NCBI GenBank assembly: GCA_964016885.1
Contig: OZ024742.1
Span: forward strand, 218,984,001 to 219,048,000
Direction: 5' to 3'
Origin: Eledone cirrhosa
Taxonomy: Eukaryota
DNA: 64,000 nucleotides
The notes under the pieces were generated by a model. The model saw only the letters and a program-made list of their open reading frames with translations. It searched no databases and had not been told where the DNA came from. Both the position numbers and the translations under genes were made by a program. Shown piece after piece: positions 52,047-64,000 of the stretch; the stretch's first letter is position 1; the number at the start of each line of letters is the position of its first letter.

Positions 52047-52342
52047 TCACTCTCTCTCTCTTAAAGTTTGTAAGTTTAATCGTATATCAGAGAAAGCTGC
52101 AGCATGTATGTAGTTTTATCGAATTTTAAGAGGAGTAGAGAGAGGTAAACTGATTGTATTTAGTTGTATCGATTATTTCCGTAATTGTGGGTGAGTTTGA
52201 ATGAAATAAATAGTCGTTGACCTAAGTTAGACCATTTACAACATTCTTACAGACTTTGAGTCGAATCGGTTTGAAATTGTGCAAATGTATAAACATGGAA
52301 CATGCACACACACAACAACAACAATCTGCCTTTTATAGATAA

Positions 52343-52345
<3 letters not shown>
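51272..52345 (-). mobile_element. Non-autonomous Helitron with 91-bp tandem repeat x3 (51570-51842)
   Basis: Reverse-complement 3' end gaccccgagcaacgccgggctttaatgCTAG|T, nearly identical to 25461-25491; 5' end TCATTATCTATAAAA. Confidence 0.75.
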
Positions 52346-52402
<57 letters not shown>

Positions 52403-53454
52403 CGAGAGAGAAACAGAGAGAGAGAGAGAGAGGGAGAGAGAGAGAGAGAGTTGAAGAAATAACACAAACACAAATAATTTGTGAGAAGAGGAAGGTCGCT
52501 AACATCAACCCCTGTGCGAGACTAGTACTTTATTTTATCGACGTCGGAAAGATGGAAGGCAAAATGGAACTCAGCGGCATTTGAACTCAGAACATAAACG
52601 CCCAAAGCAAATGCATTTTGCCCATAAGAAAAGCTCTAACGATTCTACAAATTACACCTGCCTAATAATGAGAAAGTTGGTTACATTGCTCAATATAACC
52701 ATACATTGCTTCCCTCGAAATGTCTTCATTCATTTTGGGCCTATAGACTACTGTATGAAAACTAATGATAAGGATTCAAGTAAGATATTCTAAGTAACAA
52801 AATATTTCAACCAACAGTGGCGTCTATATGTCAGTCAGTGCCAATATTAGACACATTGCTTCATCTTTGATTGGTGATGTAAAGAATACAGTGAATGAAG
52901 CACTGAACATACGGACTGACATACGGACTGCAAACGTCGGCAAGTATTGAAAAGTATTGAAAAGTATTGAAAAGTATTGAAAAGCCACAGATCAACTTTG
53001 CCTTTCATCCATTCGTGGTCGATAAAAAATGTACTAGTTAAGTACTGGGTCGATTATTCCTGTATATATCTCTTTCTCACTTCCATTCTATTACTCACTA
53101 ACCTTCTGGAAGAAATCTGCTATATTTCGACCTGGAGTGCAGATGGGCTCAGTAGGGTTTTTAAAATGTCCTAGAAACGTCTCTATCGTTCCTTCGCCAT
53201 TGTAAAAAATTGGTAAGACATTCTTGGTGTAGATCCTGACAGAGATTGAACCCCAGACCAGGATTGCCATCGGCTCTAATACCTACTAAGAAACCGAGAC
53301 GGCTATGAATTTAACGAAACAAATGAAACAAAAGTCGAATAATGTTATTTTACAATGAAGACTATACTTACTTAATTACTTGCTCCAATAGTTGGGAGTG
53401 GAGGCTCATCAGCAAAGTTGTGTTATTTTTGTTTTTATTCTACACGGTGCATTA

Positions 53455-53665
53455 ATAATGGTTTCTGTCTTAGGCACAAGGCCAACAATTTTGGGGGAGG
53501 GAAAACTCGATTAAATTGACATCAGTGAGTTACTGGTACTTTATTTTACCGACTTCGTAAGGATGAGAAAACTAAGATAATTTCGGCACAATTTGAATTC
53601 AGAACCTAAAGGAATGTAACTCTATACCGTAGAGCATGTTTCCGACGTTCTGCCAATCCACCGCC
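53455..53665 (-). mobile_element. tRNA-derived SINE family 1 (older fragments also at about 41320, 43170-43620, 52490, 52990, 53925, 54130)
   Basis: Reverse consensus: ggcacaaggcc...ctggtactttatttt...gccaatccaccgcc. Confidence 0.8.
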
Positions 53666-55195
53666 TTCAAAGTAAATTTGACCTCGGCGAATTTGTACTC
53701 AGAATACAGAGAGCCGGATGAATACCGCAAAGCATTCTATCAGACTTTCTAATGTCTCTGCGAATTTGTTGCCAGCACAGTTGATTAATAATACTTATCA
53801 GAAAATATTGCTTTTTCCATTTCCAGGGTCATTTATTACCTAACACTACTTAGTTGGTATCTATATTGTTGTAATAATTGCATTTGCATGGGAATGGGTT
53901 TCGTGCTTTTGAGATGTTATTTCACCGACCCCATAAGGATGAGAAGGCTAAGCTAACCTTGATAGGATTTGAACTCAGAACGTAAACGAACGTAACTCTA
54001 TGCCGTAAAGCATCTATATATATATATATAAATGTGTGTTTGTGTGTGTGTGTGTGTGTGCGCGCGCGGGTGTGTGTGTGTGTGTGTGTGTGTAGTTGAA
54101 GAACTAACACAAATGCAAACAATTTATGAGAAGGGGGAAGTCGATAACATCAAGTCCTGTGCGCAACCAGTACTTTATATTATCGACGTCGGAAAGATGA
54201 AAGTGGAACTCAGCGGGATTTGAACTCAGAACATCCGAAATATGAAGTGATTACTAAACTAAGTGTGTTATTGCTAACTTCTGGAGGACTAGGGTCTCCA
54301 TTTTTACCAATTTTTACCAATAAACACAGCGACGGTTTAATTTCTTATGTGAAAATTGTACTGCCTAATGTCATGAGTCCGTAGCTCCCCCTACCTATTG
54401 AATCCAGCCTAGATACCTTCCCTGTTCAATTTGCAGCTGCTACACCTACAACAGCTCATCGCACCCAACAGTCAATCCTTCTACATTATTAACATATTTA
54501 TATGCACTTCTGTCAATCTTATCTATTCGCTAAAACGCTCGCTCTGCAATTCTCCACACACTAGACAAACTGTCTGGTATTTGGCCAACCGATTCATAAA
54601 GCACTTCTGTAGTATTCGGCTCAATTATGAATCACCCGCCTCTTAGTATTCCCGCTCGGCAGACTATTCTACTCGGTATATCTTACTGTCCGGCTTGCTT
54701 CTATTCATTGGTTCAGTACACTTTCCTCTACGAAGAGAACAATTTGTTTCGCTAAACTCCATGGTCTCAGTTCCCAGACCCTTTAACATCGTCTTCTCGA
54801 GGACACACATAAACTAATACCCAACAGACGTTCTGTAAACACACACACACACACACACATACATACATACATAGCTTCACTTCACAAACATACAAGCTCA
54901 CATATAAACAGCCCTTGTCAAATCATCGCTACATGTACGTTCAAATAAACAAAACAGCACACACGTCTTAAACAAACAATATACACATACAAGGACAACA
55001 TTTACAGAAACACACAATCAAACAACATTGCACATAGGTTTATATATACACACATTCACCTTCCACATGCACAGATAAGACGCGCAGCACACACACACAC
55101 ACACATACACACAGACATACATATATACATACACATATTTCCTCCTATTCTACTAACACCCCATATGACTCACACATTCACAGACACTTGTACGT

Positions 55196-55230
<35 letters not shown>

Positions 55231-55467
55231 CACGCGCATTATAACCATACATGCACTCACTTCCAGCACTAGCATACATACATACACATAAACAGATCTC
55301 GTCAGAACAGCTGTACTCACATTAAAAAACCAAATGACACATACACAAGAATCTAAAAGTACACATTTATATCTGACACACGCACTCTCACACACGCACT
55401 CAAGCCTACGCAGTCATGATAGACATCAAGACTAACGAATACGCGCTCTATCACGCCCCCCCCCCTC

Positions 55468-55514
<47 letters not shown>

Positions 55515-55832
55515 ACATACACACACATCATTATCTAGACGTTGAAAAGTATTTCTATTCCATCTTTACTTTCGTTTATTCTAACACAGTGACGATCTAA
55601 AATTACACGTGAAATAAATTTCTACGCCTTTGCATCGATATTATTTTAATTTCTACTCTTCCTTTTCTTTTTCCCGAAGGAGGACATTTATCCGAAACGT
55701 CAAATAATAATTTTTTTTTCCCATTTTTCGAGCGTCAAACTAGTTACATTATTTTTTTTCTTATCTTATCCTCATGTTATTTTTGTTACACATATATTTA
55801 TATATATATATATATATATGTATATTTATATT

Positions 55833-55874
<42 letters not shown>

Positions 55875-55879
55875 ATAGT

Positions 55880-56095
55880 GAAGGCGTGTGGCTGAGTGGT
55901 TAGAGAATTGGATTCGCAATCGTAAGGTTGTGAGTTCGATTCCTGGACCAGGCGATGCGTTATGTCCTTGAGCAAGACACTTTATTTCACGTTGCTCCTT
56001 CTACCTGGAGTTGCGACCGATAGATAGTATTAGCAATTGGAAAGACCAACGGAAACATTGTTCCCTCGGTCCGATTTGACGAAAGTCGATCGTTC
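55880..56095 (+). mobile_element. tRNA-derived SINE family 2
   Basis: A-box tggctgagtgg, B-box gagttcgattcc, core tgtccttgagcaagacacttt. Confidence 0.85.
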
Positions 56096-56098
56096 CTT

Positions 56099-56132
<34 letters not shown>

Positions 56133-56344
56133 AGCAAAATCCCGACAGCGTCACCGCGACGCCAAGCAGTCGTGATTCATTTCCTTACTTTACCTCCCTC
56201 TTCCTATCACTTCTGCGGGCCAACACACTTCTAGCCGATGATTTCTGTCCTTTGAGGTAAATTTTACCCAACGCCGTCATTGACGGCATTTTGCTGTTTA
56301 AACACCTTTTCTTGCGTTGAATTTCTCTCATTATTCTATAAATA

Positions 56345-56429
<85 letters not shown>

Positions 56430-56460
56430 CAATAATCAAAGTTCAGTTTAAATCATTTAT

Positions 56461-56509
56461 TTGCTTACAATTGTTTCCTCCAAACCGAGGTTTGGATTCT
56501 TCGGAGCAA
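56461..56509 (-). ncRNA. Minimal type I hammerhead, U4C core variant
   Basis: uugcu-CCGAAGA-a uccaaac cucg guuugga g-GAAA-c aauu g-UA-agcaa. Confidence 0.75.
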
Positions 56510-56947
56510 CTATTGAGTGATCTATAACATACTTGACCTCCTTTTCAACACAAGAGACATATAAAAACATATGCATATATTGACCCACAGTGGGTTGATA
56601 TCCATCATAATGATATAGCATGGCAATTTACATATAAAGGTTAAAGGATTAAAATGAAAATAAAAATGAAAATAAAAATAAAAATAAAAATAAAAATAAA
56701 TATAAATAAAACATTGGCAGTTTATGAAGATAAAGCAAGAGGAAAGTTTAGAGTAGTCAGTGTATGAAACAATCTCACGTGTAGCATGCACGCGTGTCTT
56801 ATTTATACAGGATTAGAGTGCGGCAGATTGTTACTTGTAGAATCAGGCAGTTAAAGCAGGCAATCAATATTATCATGTGGGCCGTATTGTTAAATCATTT
56901 TTTCGCATACACCTGTATGATATACAATCCCGAATGTAGAGAAAGAC

Positions 56948-56980
<33 letters not shown>

Positions 56981-56982
<2 letters not shown>

Positions 56983-57096
56983 GTCGTCAATGTGCGAAGG
57001 AGTGCAAGTCTCTGGGGCAGGCTTGAAAAGCCATATCCGTCACACATCTGAATCTGACAAGCGATTGCAATACTCTTGCGTGAGTTTGCAGCCATC

Positions 57097-57098
<2 letters not shown>
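56981..57098 (+). mobile_element. Short RTE-like 3'-end fragment between (TA)n tracts
   Basis: Frameshifted CRQCAKECKS.AGLKSHIRH C2H2-like tail of the kind found at RTE ORF ends. Confidence 0.45.
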
Positions 57099-57140
<42 letters not shown>

Positions 57141-57181
57141 ATGATATTAATAAATGGAAGCTATATTTATAAAACCATATA

Positions 57182-57242
57182 TATTCTATTATATATATTT
57201 CAAGGGTACCAAAACTTTGGCACGCCCTCATCAGATAAAATA
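57182..57242 (-). ncRNA. Type I hammerhead, same family as 29399
   Basis: uauuuuau-CUGAUGA-ggg c gugccaaag uuuugguac c cuu-GAAA-uauaua-UA-auagaaua. Confidence 0.8.
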
Positions 57243-57321
57243 CAAAGTTTGTTTTATAAATATTGACATATCCAGGAATGAGACCATAACGGTTCAAGTT
57301 TTACCTGGATATCCCTTTGCT

Positions 57322-57387
<66 letters not shown>

Positions 57388-57542
57388 AACAAGTAAGACC
57401 CCGACGGCTGAGCTCAAGCCGTTTCGACAGCTAATTCTGGACCGTCGGGGTCTTACTTGTTCCTATTACCCACTCTACTACCCTAAGTATTGAGTACTTT
57501 GGTGCGTTATGGTCCACCTGGTTCCTTACCACATTTCCTTCG

Positions 57543-57578
<36 letters not shown>

Positions 57579-57579
57579 G

Positions 57580-57793
57580 ACAGTCGATCGACTTTCGTCA
57601 AATTGGACCGAGGAAACAATGTTTTCATTTGTCTTCTCAATTGCTAATACTCTCTATCGGTCGCAACTCCAGGTAGAAGGAGCAACGAGAAATAAAGTGT
57701 CTTGCCCAAGGACATAACGCGTCGCCCGGCCCGGGAATCGAACTCACTACCTCACGATTACGAGTCTAATTCTTTAACCACTCCGCCACGCGC
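57580..57793 (-). mobile_element. tRNA-derived SINE family 2
   Basis: Reverse-complement homolog of 55880-56095. Confidence 0.85.
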
Positions 57794-58377
57794 ATATATA
57801 CATATATATTATATATGCATGTATGTATGCATACAGAGGCAAATAGGTTTGCAGACAAACAGATAGATATCATAATTGGTCTTCCTCTGCATAATTAGAA
57901 ATCTCCCCCCCCCCCTAACCAGTCATGCTTCAGTTACCCCCAACTATTAACTTCTACAGATATATCAGGGGAGGCTCACTACGGAATACTTTTCCCTCAT
58001 CTTGAACGGTGTTGCTGTCTCTACAAAATTGAGGTTACCCATGCAGTTAGTAGGCACGTATTATCTCTGTAGGTTTGTTTAAAATCTAAACATATTAAAC
58101 AGGAATAAAAATTCTAACAGAATATATTTCACTGATGAAGTTTAGTAAAACCAAAATATGTCCTTCGCTTTCACCACTTGGCCCTAAAGACTACATCCAC
58201 TCTCGTCTGTATTGTCTGTATTGTCTGTATTGTCCCAAAACTGTCTATCAACTGAGCTTATTCGAGTTGCTTCACTTGCTTGTTTTGAGATTTTAAACAT
58301 CTCTAGAGTTTTTCTATTAAATTGCGTGAACAATTTGAGTGGATCTAAGGTTTTCATCCCACTGTATTACATATGAA

Positions 58378-58655
58378 GTGAAAGCGTGTGATTTAGTGAC
58401 TAGGGTGTTCGGCTCACGATCTCACAATCGTGAGTTCGATTCCTGGTGGTGCGTTGTGTCCTTAAGTAAGACGCTTTTATTTCACCTTGTAATTTTCCAC
58501 TCAGCGGGGGGAAAGCAGGTGCATCTGTGATTCAAATGGTGAGCCTTGACACATACTGTGTTTCGCTGCATCTCCCCGAGAACTATGTCAAGGGCAGGCT
58601 GTTCCGTTGGCCGCATCAACTGGAACTCTCATCGTCGCAATTGACGGAAGTCGAA
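58378..58655 (+). mobile_element. tRNA-derived SINE family 2 variant
   Basis: gagttcgattcc and tgtccttaagtaagacgctttt; related fragments at about 36110 and 41500-41670. Confidence 0.75.
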
Positions 58656-60086
58656 TACATATACATGTATTACATAGTGAGATGATACCGTAGTTAATAT
58701 GCAGAACGCTTTTCTAAGTTATTTTTACTTCAGCGAATTATTCATTAACGCGGCTATCCCCATTGAACTCGTTGTGTCTAAAAAGCTGTTGCGAAATCTA
58801 AACACTATAAATACTGCCCACTCCCATGAGACTTAAGGATTAACCTGAAAACTAACGAACCAGCAAAATATCTTTTCCTGTTAGGAATAGGCTGTAAATT
58901 TCCTTCAAACCATATTTTATCTTTTAAAATATATTAGATATTCTTGTTTGATATATATGTTTGTTAAAACAATCACAGAGTTATTTCCCTTGTGTCATCT
59001 AATCAATCATTCTTAGTCGCTATGTCTAAGGCCACATTACTATAATAAAAATACAGCAGAAGCGTTGTCGTTTTACATGCTAAATATAGTAACCAAAGCG
59101 CCCTAAAATCACACCTTCCTCTCTTTTAAAATCGTAGTTTACATAAGATAATGTAAGGTTAGCTGCAATTTTTCAATGAAAGATGGGATAATGGTCATTG
59201 ATCATAAGTCTACTTGATCGTTGTTGAGGTGAGGGTAAATATGGCTACAATGTAATCGTTCACTCTGCTAGAAATAGCAACCAAATTTCTTTTAAATCAC
59301 ACTCTACACTTTTGTTAGTGTAATAGGGTTCTGTTCGCAGGAAAAGATGGAATTAAAACGGCTGGGGCGCTTTTAACCATAGACCTATTTGATCAAGATT
59401 GACCCCCTGGGACTAAATAACACACTCACATACAGACCCACGGTCCAATATGAAGCACAGCACGGAAGGGGAATAATAACTAAATTAGATAATCGTTTTT
59501 GTTTTTGCTTTTTAATATACTTCCTTCAGACACCTATACACAACTTTTCCTATATAGTTTCGTCTCCCAGCTAAATTTCAACACTACAATCTGCAACACT
59601 CTACAAACTCATCACCACGGTAACTGCTCCCACCCACTATAAGCACTTGCGCCACAACCACATCAGCACCAACAACAGCACAACCACCACCACCACCACC
59701 ACCACCATAATCACAACCCCGTTATTACTGCAACCACCACGTCACAACACCACAACGCTATCATTACTAGAACCACCATGTCACAACACCATAGCACCAC
59801 CACTACTACAACACCACGTCACAACCCTTTAACTATTATGAATGTTTGCAGCTAAGGAGTAACGCAGCAGCAGTCAATTTTTTAATAGGAGCGTCATTTT
59901 AGCAATATGTATATATATATTACCACGACAGAGGTCCGACAAGCTTTTGATTCCAGGGTCGGGCTAGATCGATACAAATCGGACTTGAGCTGATCAATAT
60001 AGCGAAACGCGCGTCACTACTCAATAAGCGTAATGAAGACATAACATATCGGCCTTTCTATTATTATTACACTCTGCTTTGGATTG

Positions 60087-60275
60087 GCGGTGGATTGGCA
60101 GTATTGGTAGAGGGTCGGACGCCATGCTTTCCAGCATAGTTACGTCCCTTTACGATCTGAGTTCAAATCCCGTCGAGGTTAACTTTGCCTTTCATCCTTA
60201 CGGGGTCGATAAAATAAAGTACCAGTAACGTACTGGGTAATTGCTGGCCTTGTGCCTAAAGTAGAAACAATTATT
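60087..60275 (+). mobile_element. tRNA-derived SINE family 1
   Basis: Consensus match; TSD attattacactctgctttg. Confidence 0.9.
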
Positions 60276-60453
60276 ACACTCTGCTTTGTTCTACACCTCT
60301 ATACTTACTGGAAACTACGCATCGAGTGCTCACCCTGGTGAACCTACAGTGACTGGACGTTACTTTCGCTATATATATATATATATATATGTCGCAAGGC
60401 TCTGATACCATCAACACTATAAACACAGAGCTGGCATATCTAAGAACTGACTA

Positions 60454-60509
60454 ACTGTCTGATGAGGTCATAGACATTCAATGGCTATCATCGAAATATA
60501 TATAACAGT
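60454..60509 (+). ncRNA. Type I hammerhead, intact core
   Basis: acugu-CUGAUGA-ggu c auag..cuau c auc-GAAA-u auau a-UA-acagu. Confidence 0.8.
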
Positions 60510-60566
60510 AAATAAAGGATTATGAGTTCATGCAATTGACTTATGTTTCGTCACTATATATATATA

Positions 60567-60872
60567 TATAAAGAAAAAGGGATGAAATCGAAAATGCAAC
60601 TGAAGTCTTATCTTTTTAAAAAATATATATATATATTTATTTGGTTCCTTTACCGGTTTCGCAGTTCTTCTGCTTTTCAAAAGGTGAGTTGAGATGGAGG
60701 GTCTGTGGTTTTTCTCACATGTGAGAAAAACCACAGACCCTCCATCTCAACTCACCTTTTGAAAAGCAGAAGAACTGCGAAACCGGTAAAGGAACCAAAT
60801 AAATATATATATATATTTTTTAAAAAGATAAGACTTCAGTTGCATTTTCGATTTCATCCCTTTTTCTTTATA
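60567..60872. repeat. Perfect spacerless 306-bp palindrome carrying two decayed HHRs
   Basis: Centre ctcaca|tgtgag; ORFs 60528(-) and 60705(+) translate identically; ccuu-UUGAAAA-gcag aagaa cugc-GAAA-ccgg-UA-aagg in each arm. Confidence 0.9.
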
Positions 60873-60927
60873 CTTCCACTCGTGTAGGACACCTCGGTTA
60901 TTTTTCATTTTGTAAAAAAAAACTCAC

Positions 60928-61043
<116 letters not shown>

Positions 61044-61070
61044 GAAAATGGAGGAAATTCCTTTGTTCAG

Positions 61071-61245
61071 TAAAATATATTTGAATAAAAGTACAATGAT
61101 ATAACTAGTGGTTGGTGTTCTTTAATAATTCAAATCTAATCAGTAGGTCATTATTGATATTAATAATGACCTACTGTAAACATTTGAATTATTAAAGAAC
61201 ACAAACCACTAGTTATATCATTGCACTTTTTTTCAAATTTATATA
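61071..61245. repeat. Imperfect fold-back, about 85-bp arms, no HHR seen
   Basis: cagtaggtcattatt / aataatgacctactg core; outer arms include caatgatataactagtggtt / aaccactagttatatcattg. Confidence 0.8.
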
Positions 61246-61249
61246 TATA

Positions 61250-64000
61250 CTAGCTGAGCTACCCGGTGATACCCGGGTATTTTATGAAAGTTACAATATA
61301 TTTGGCACACATTACAAAATATTTGACCATTCAAATATGATTGCTGAATTTTAACCAAAGTAGGAATTCTAGCAGAATATTTATTGCCGTTTGGTCAAAG
61401 TAAATTATCAAGATAAAAATATAAGTTTTTTCCAGTGGTGATTTTTTGAATACTGCTCCCTATTACAGTCAGCATATATAATGCTTTACTTATAGATGAA
61501 TCATTAGGTATGTTGTCAGTGAAAAGGGCATGACCAAAAAAATACATTTAGATTTTTTTTTATTTATCCTTTTCTTTCTTTTTTTTTTTGCTCAATCTGA
61601 GCCTCTGAAATTCAAACAACATGTAAAGACTATTTTAAAAACCATAAATAAAATAAGAAAATAAATTTAGCATTGGTTTATGATTGAATGAAGCATTTAC
61701 TTACTCAATTCTGTAATTCGGGGAAAGTGTATTTAAATTTATACACTAGCTTTCACCAATCTTTGCCAGTAGGATCTTGTTTGAGGGAGATTTGTTTTCT
61801 ATTTCTATTAGCTATACCAACAGTTATAGTGGCTCACATGATATACATAGATACATACACACACATGTATGTGTGTAAGATAGTTGTTTGTGATTTGAAA
61901 TGGATTTTGCTAATATTTCTAGTAGATCGAGTTATCACATAGAACCATTCCTTTTTGCTTCATACATATATACATACCTGAGAAAGTAAGGTGGGATTTG
62001 AAGGAAATTTGGCTGCTATTTCTATCCAACAAATTACTCACTTATACTACTTTATATAGCAGAGGTACCCGGGAATGCCTGCATATTCTTCCAAAGCAAC
62101 ACCATGGAGTAAATTTGCGGCTTCAGAATTCCTTGCAAACTACATGACTAAGGAATTAGGATCTGTGTGTATTGTCATTGAATGAGGAATTACGACATTG
62201 CTCATTCCAAAGCCTCTGGATAAACAATATACTTGGTTTTGCCCTGTGGTGTCACAATGAAGAGACAATCAGGGTTCCCAACCCTTGTTGTGCCAACATA
62301 GAGCTGACCGTGTGAAAAGACAGGATCTGCCAGATTCAACCCAACGACTTTTAATGATTGCCCTTGAGATTTATTAATGGTCATGGCAAAACTGAGCCTG
62401 ATCGGAAATTGAAGTCTTTGAAATTCAAATGGCAAATTAGTTGGCTTCAGAGGTATTCTGGGAATGAAAAAATTGTCACCAGCAAATTTTCTTGACATGA
62501 TTGCAACTTCTAGAACATTGGACATCATATTTTTGATGATAAGTCTTGTGCCATTACAAAGTTTTGGAGGATCCAGATTACGAAGTAGCATAACCGATGC
62601 TCCAAGCTTCAGTATCAGGTTGTGTGGAGGAATTCCAGCTTGTTCAAGACTGTTCAAAAATTCAGTTGGATAGTTTACAACCTGGTCTTGAGAAGTGATT
62701 GTGTCAACTGATTAATAGCATATTTTCTCTCCCGGTAACATCTCCAGCAGCCTTCTGTTGATTTCTTTCACAGCAACATTTTTAGGTGCAAACATTGCTC
62801 GTTCACAGAGCCACTACGGATCACATTGCCTAGTCTGAATGTTTGGAAACACTCTGGCAACCAGTTCTTGTTCAAGGATATGGCCAAATGACAACTGAAT
62901 ATGGTCATTGGAGTCCTTTTCAAGAAGTCCATTTCCCAATTTAAGTAGTTGGATGGCATACTCACTGACACCTTCGTCACCAGTTAAGTGCACTTGCATG
63001 CTGGTTGTAAGGTTCAGCAGCTGAAAGTGGGGCCAGAGATAGGATGTTTTCAGATAGGCATTGACCTGATCAGCTCGTGCCCCTCGAAGAATTACAGGCA
63101 GAGTTTGTCTGAAATCACCAGCAAGAACCATTGTCACTCCTCCCATTATGCAACTATTTTCTCTCAGATCCCTTATCGTCCGGTCCAAAGCTTCAATTGC
63201 TCCTTTATGGCTCATAGTAGCTTCATCCCAAATTATCATCTTGCATGTTTGCAGAAGCTTGCCCTTGGGTGAGTGCTTCTTGATGTTGCAAAAAGATTGT
63301 TCATGCCATGTGAGATCTATAGGCAGCTTAAACATGGAGTGTGCAGGTCTTCCTCCATCCAGAAGTGGTGCTGCAATGCCACTTAAAGCCACAGCAAGGG
63401 CAATATGTTGCTTTTGGCGAACTTTTGCAAGCAGGAGGTTTATGAGGAATGTCTTGCCTGTGCCAGCAGGAGCATCGATGAAGAAAAGCCCCCCCCCCCC
63501 CCCCTGTAATTTTTTGAATGTTTTCGATGATGTTGTGGTAGGCGTATTTCTGGTCATCCATCAATCGAGGTTCATTTTCATCCACAAACTTACGCAATGC
63601 TTGAATATCATAGTTTGTCTCCTGAAAAATGTCTTGTGCTACCTCCATTTCTTCATCTGGCTCTGGCATCTCGCTGTTAGCTAATGTGCTATTCATTGTC
63701 TGAACTCGATGGGACAGGTCACAGAGAGCTTGATTGTAAATCTTGGGGGTATATTCCATATACATATTGCCATATACATATTGTCGTCCGACATATTGTT
63801 TTTGTCCTCCTGCCAGAGTAGATGAGCTTCATCAATTCCACATGCTGTGAGCATAATAGCAAATAATTGTCTTATTTGACTGGCTACTTGAGTGAATGCT
63901 GCTTCTTTTAGGCACTTCTTCCAGTGTCCATTGTCATGCAGGAGTCCATGCTGTTTACATGCTTCTTGGTATGTTGCGCACTCCCTTCTTCTGAAGCACC
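61250..64000 (-). mobile_element. Autonomous-type Helitron 3' part: frameshifted PIF1-like helicase (62202 to window end) and 3' terminus
   Basis: DAPAGTGKT, IIWDEATM, LAGDFRQTLPV, LCNGTRL, FAMTINKSQGQSL, SHGQLYV; hairpin plus CTAG|T at 61250. Confidence 0.9.

Noticed and set aside
55880-55955. tRNA genes at SINE heads
   Set aside because: A and B boxes are present, but the cloverleaf is broken and each continues into a repeated SINE body.

Overview
Repeat-dominated, AT-rich animal genomic DNA. The (TA)n/(CA)n load and the tRNA-derived SINE families are consistent with an octopus or other coleoid cephalopod (inference). Only one host coding exon is evident: the N-terminal leucine-zipper/autoinhibitory exon of cGMP-dependent protein kinase (45226-45530, +). 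The rest is transposon-derived: a near full-length L1/Tx1 LINE plus three fragments, RTE LINEs (one with a twin-priming-type inversion), two R4/Dong-like LINEs, a Penelope-like (PLE) RT-thumb/GIY-YIG remnant, a mariner, an autonomous Helitron helicase end, non-autonomous Helitrons, MITEs and many SINEs. The most striking unannotated signal is a swarm of hammerhead ribozymes (HHRs). By eye I find about 11 with intact or near-intact cores and about 15 decayed or half copies, from many unrelated sequence families. They sit in short non-coding inserts in (TA)n tracts and occur as fold-back palindromes with one HHR per strand, as 1.2-1.4-mer tandem units (484 and 656 nt, retrozyme-like), and as inserts whose inversion or truncation breakpoints fall repeatedly in HHR stem II. 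All folds were read manually and need computational and biochemical confirmation.
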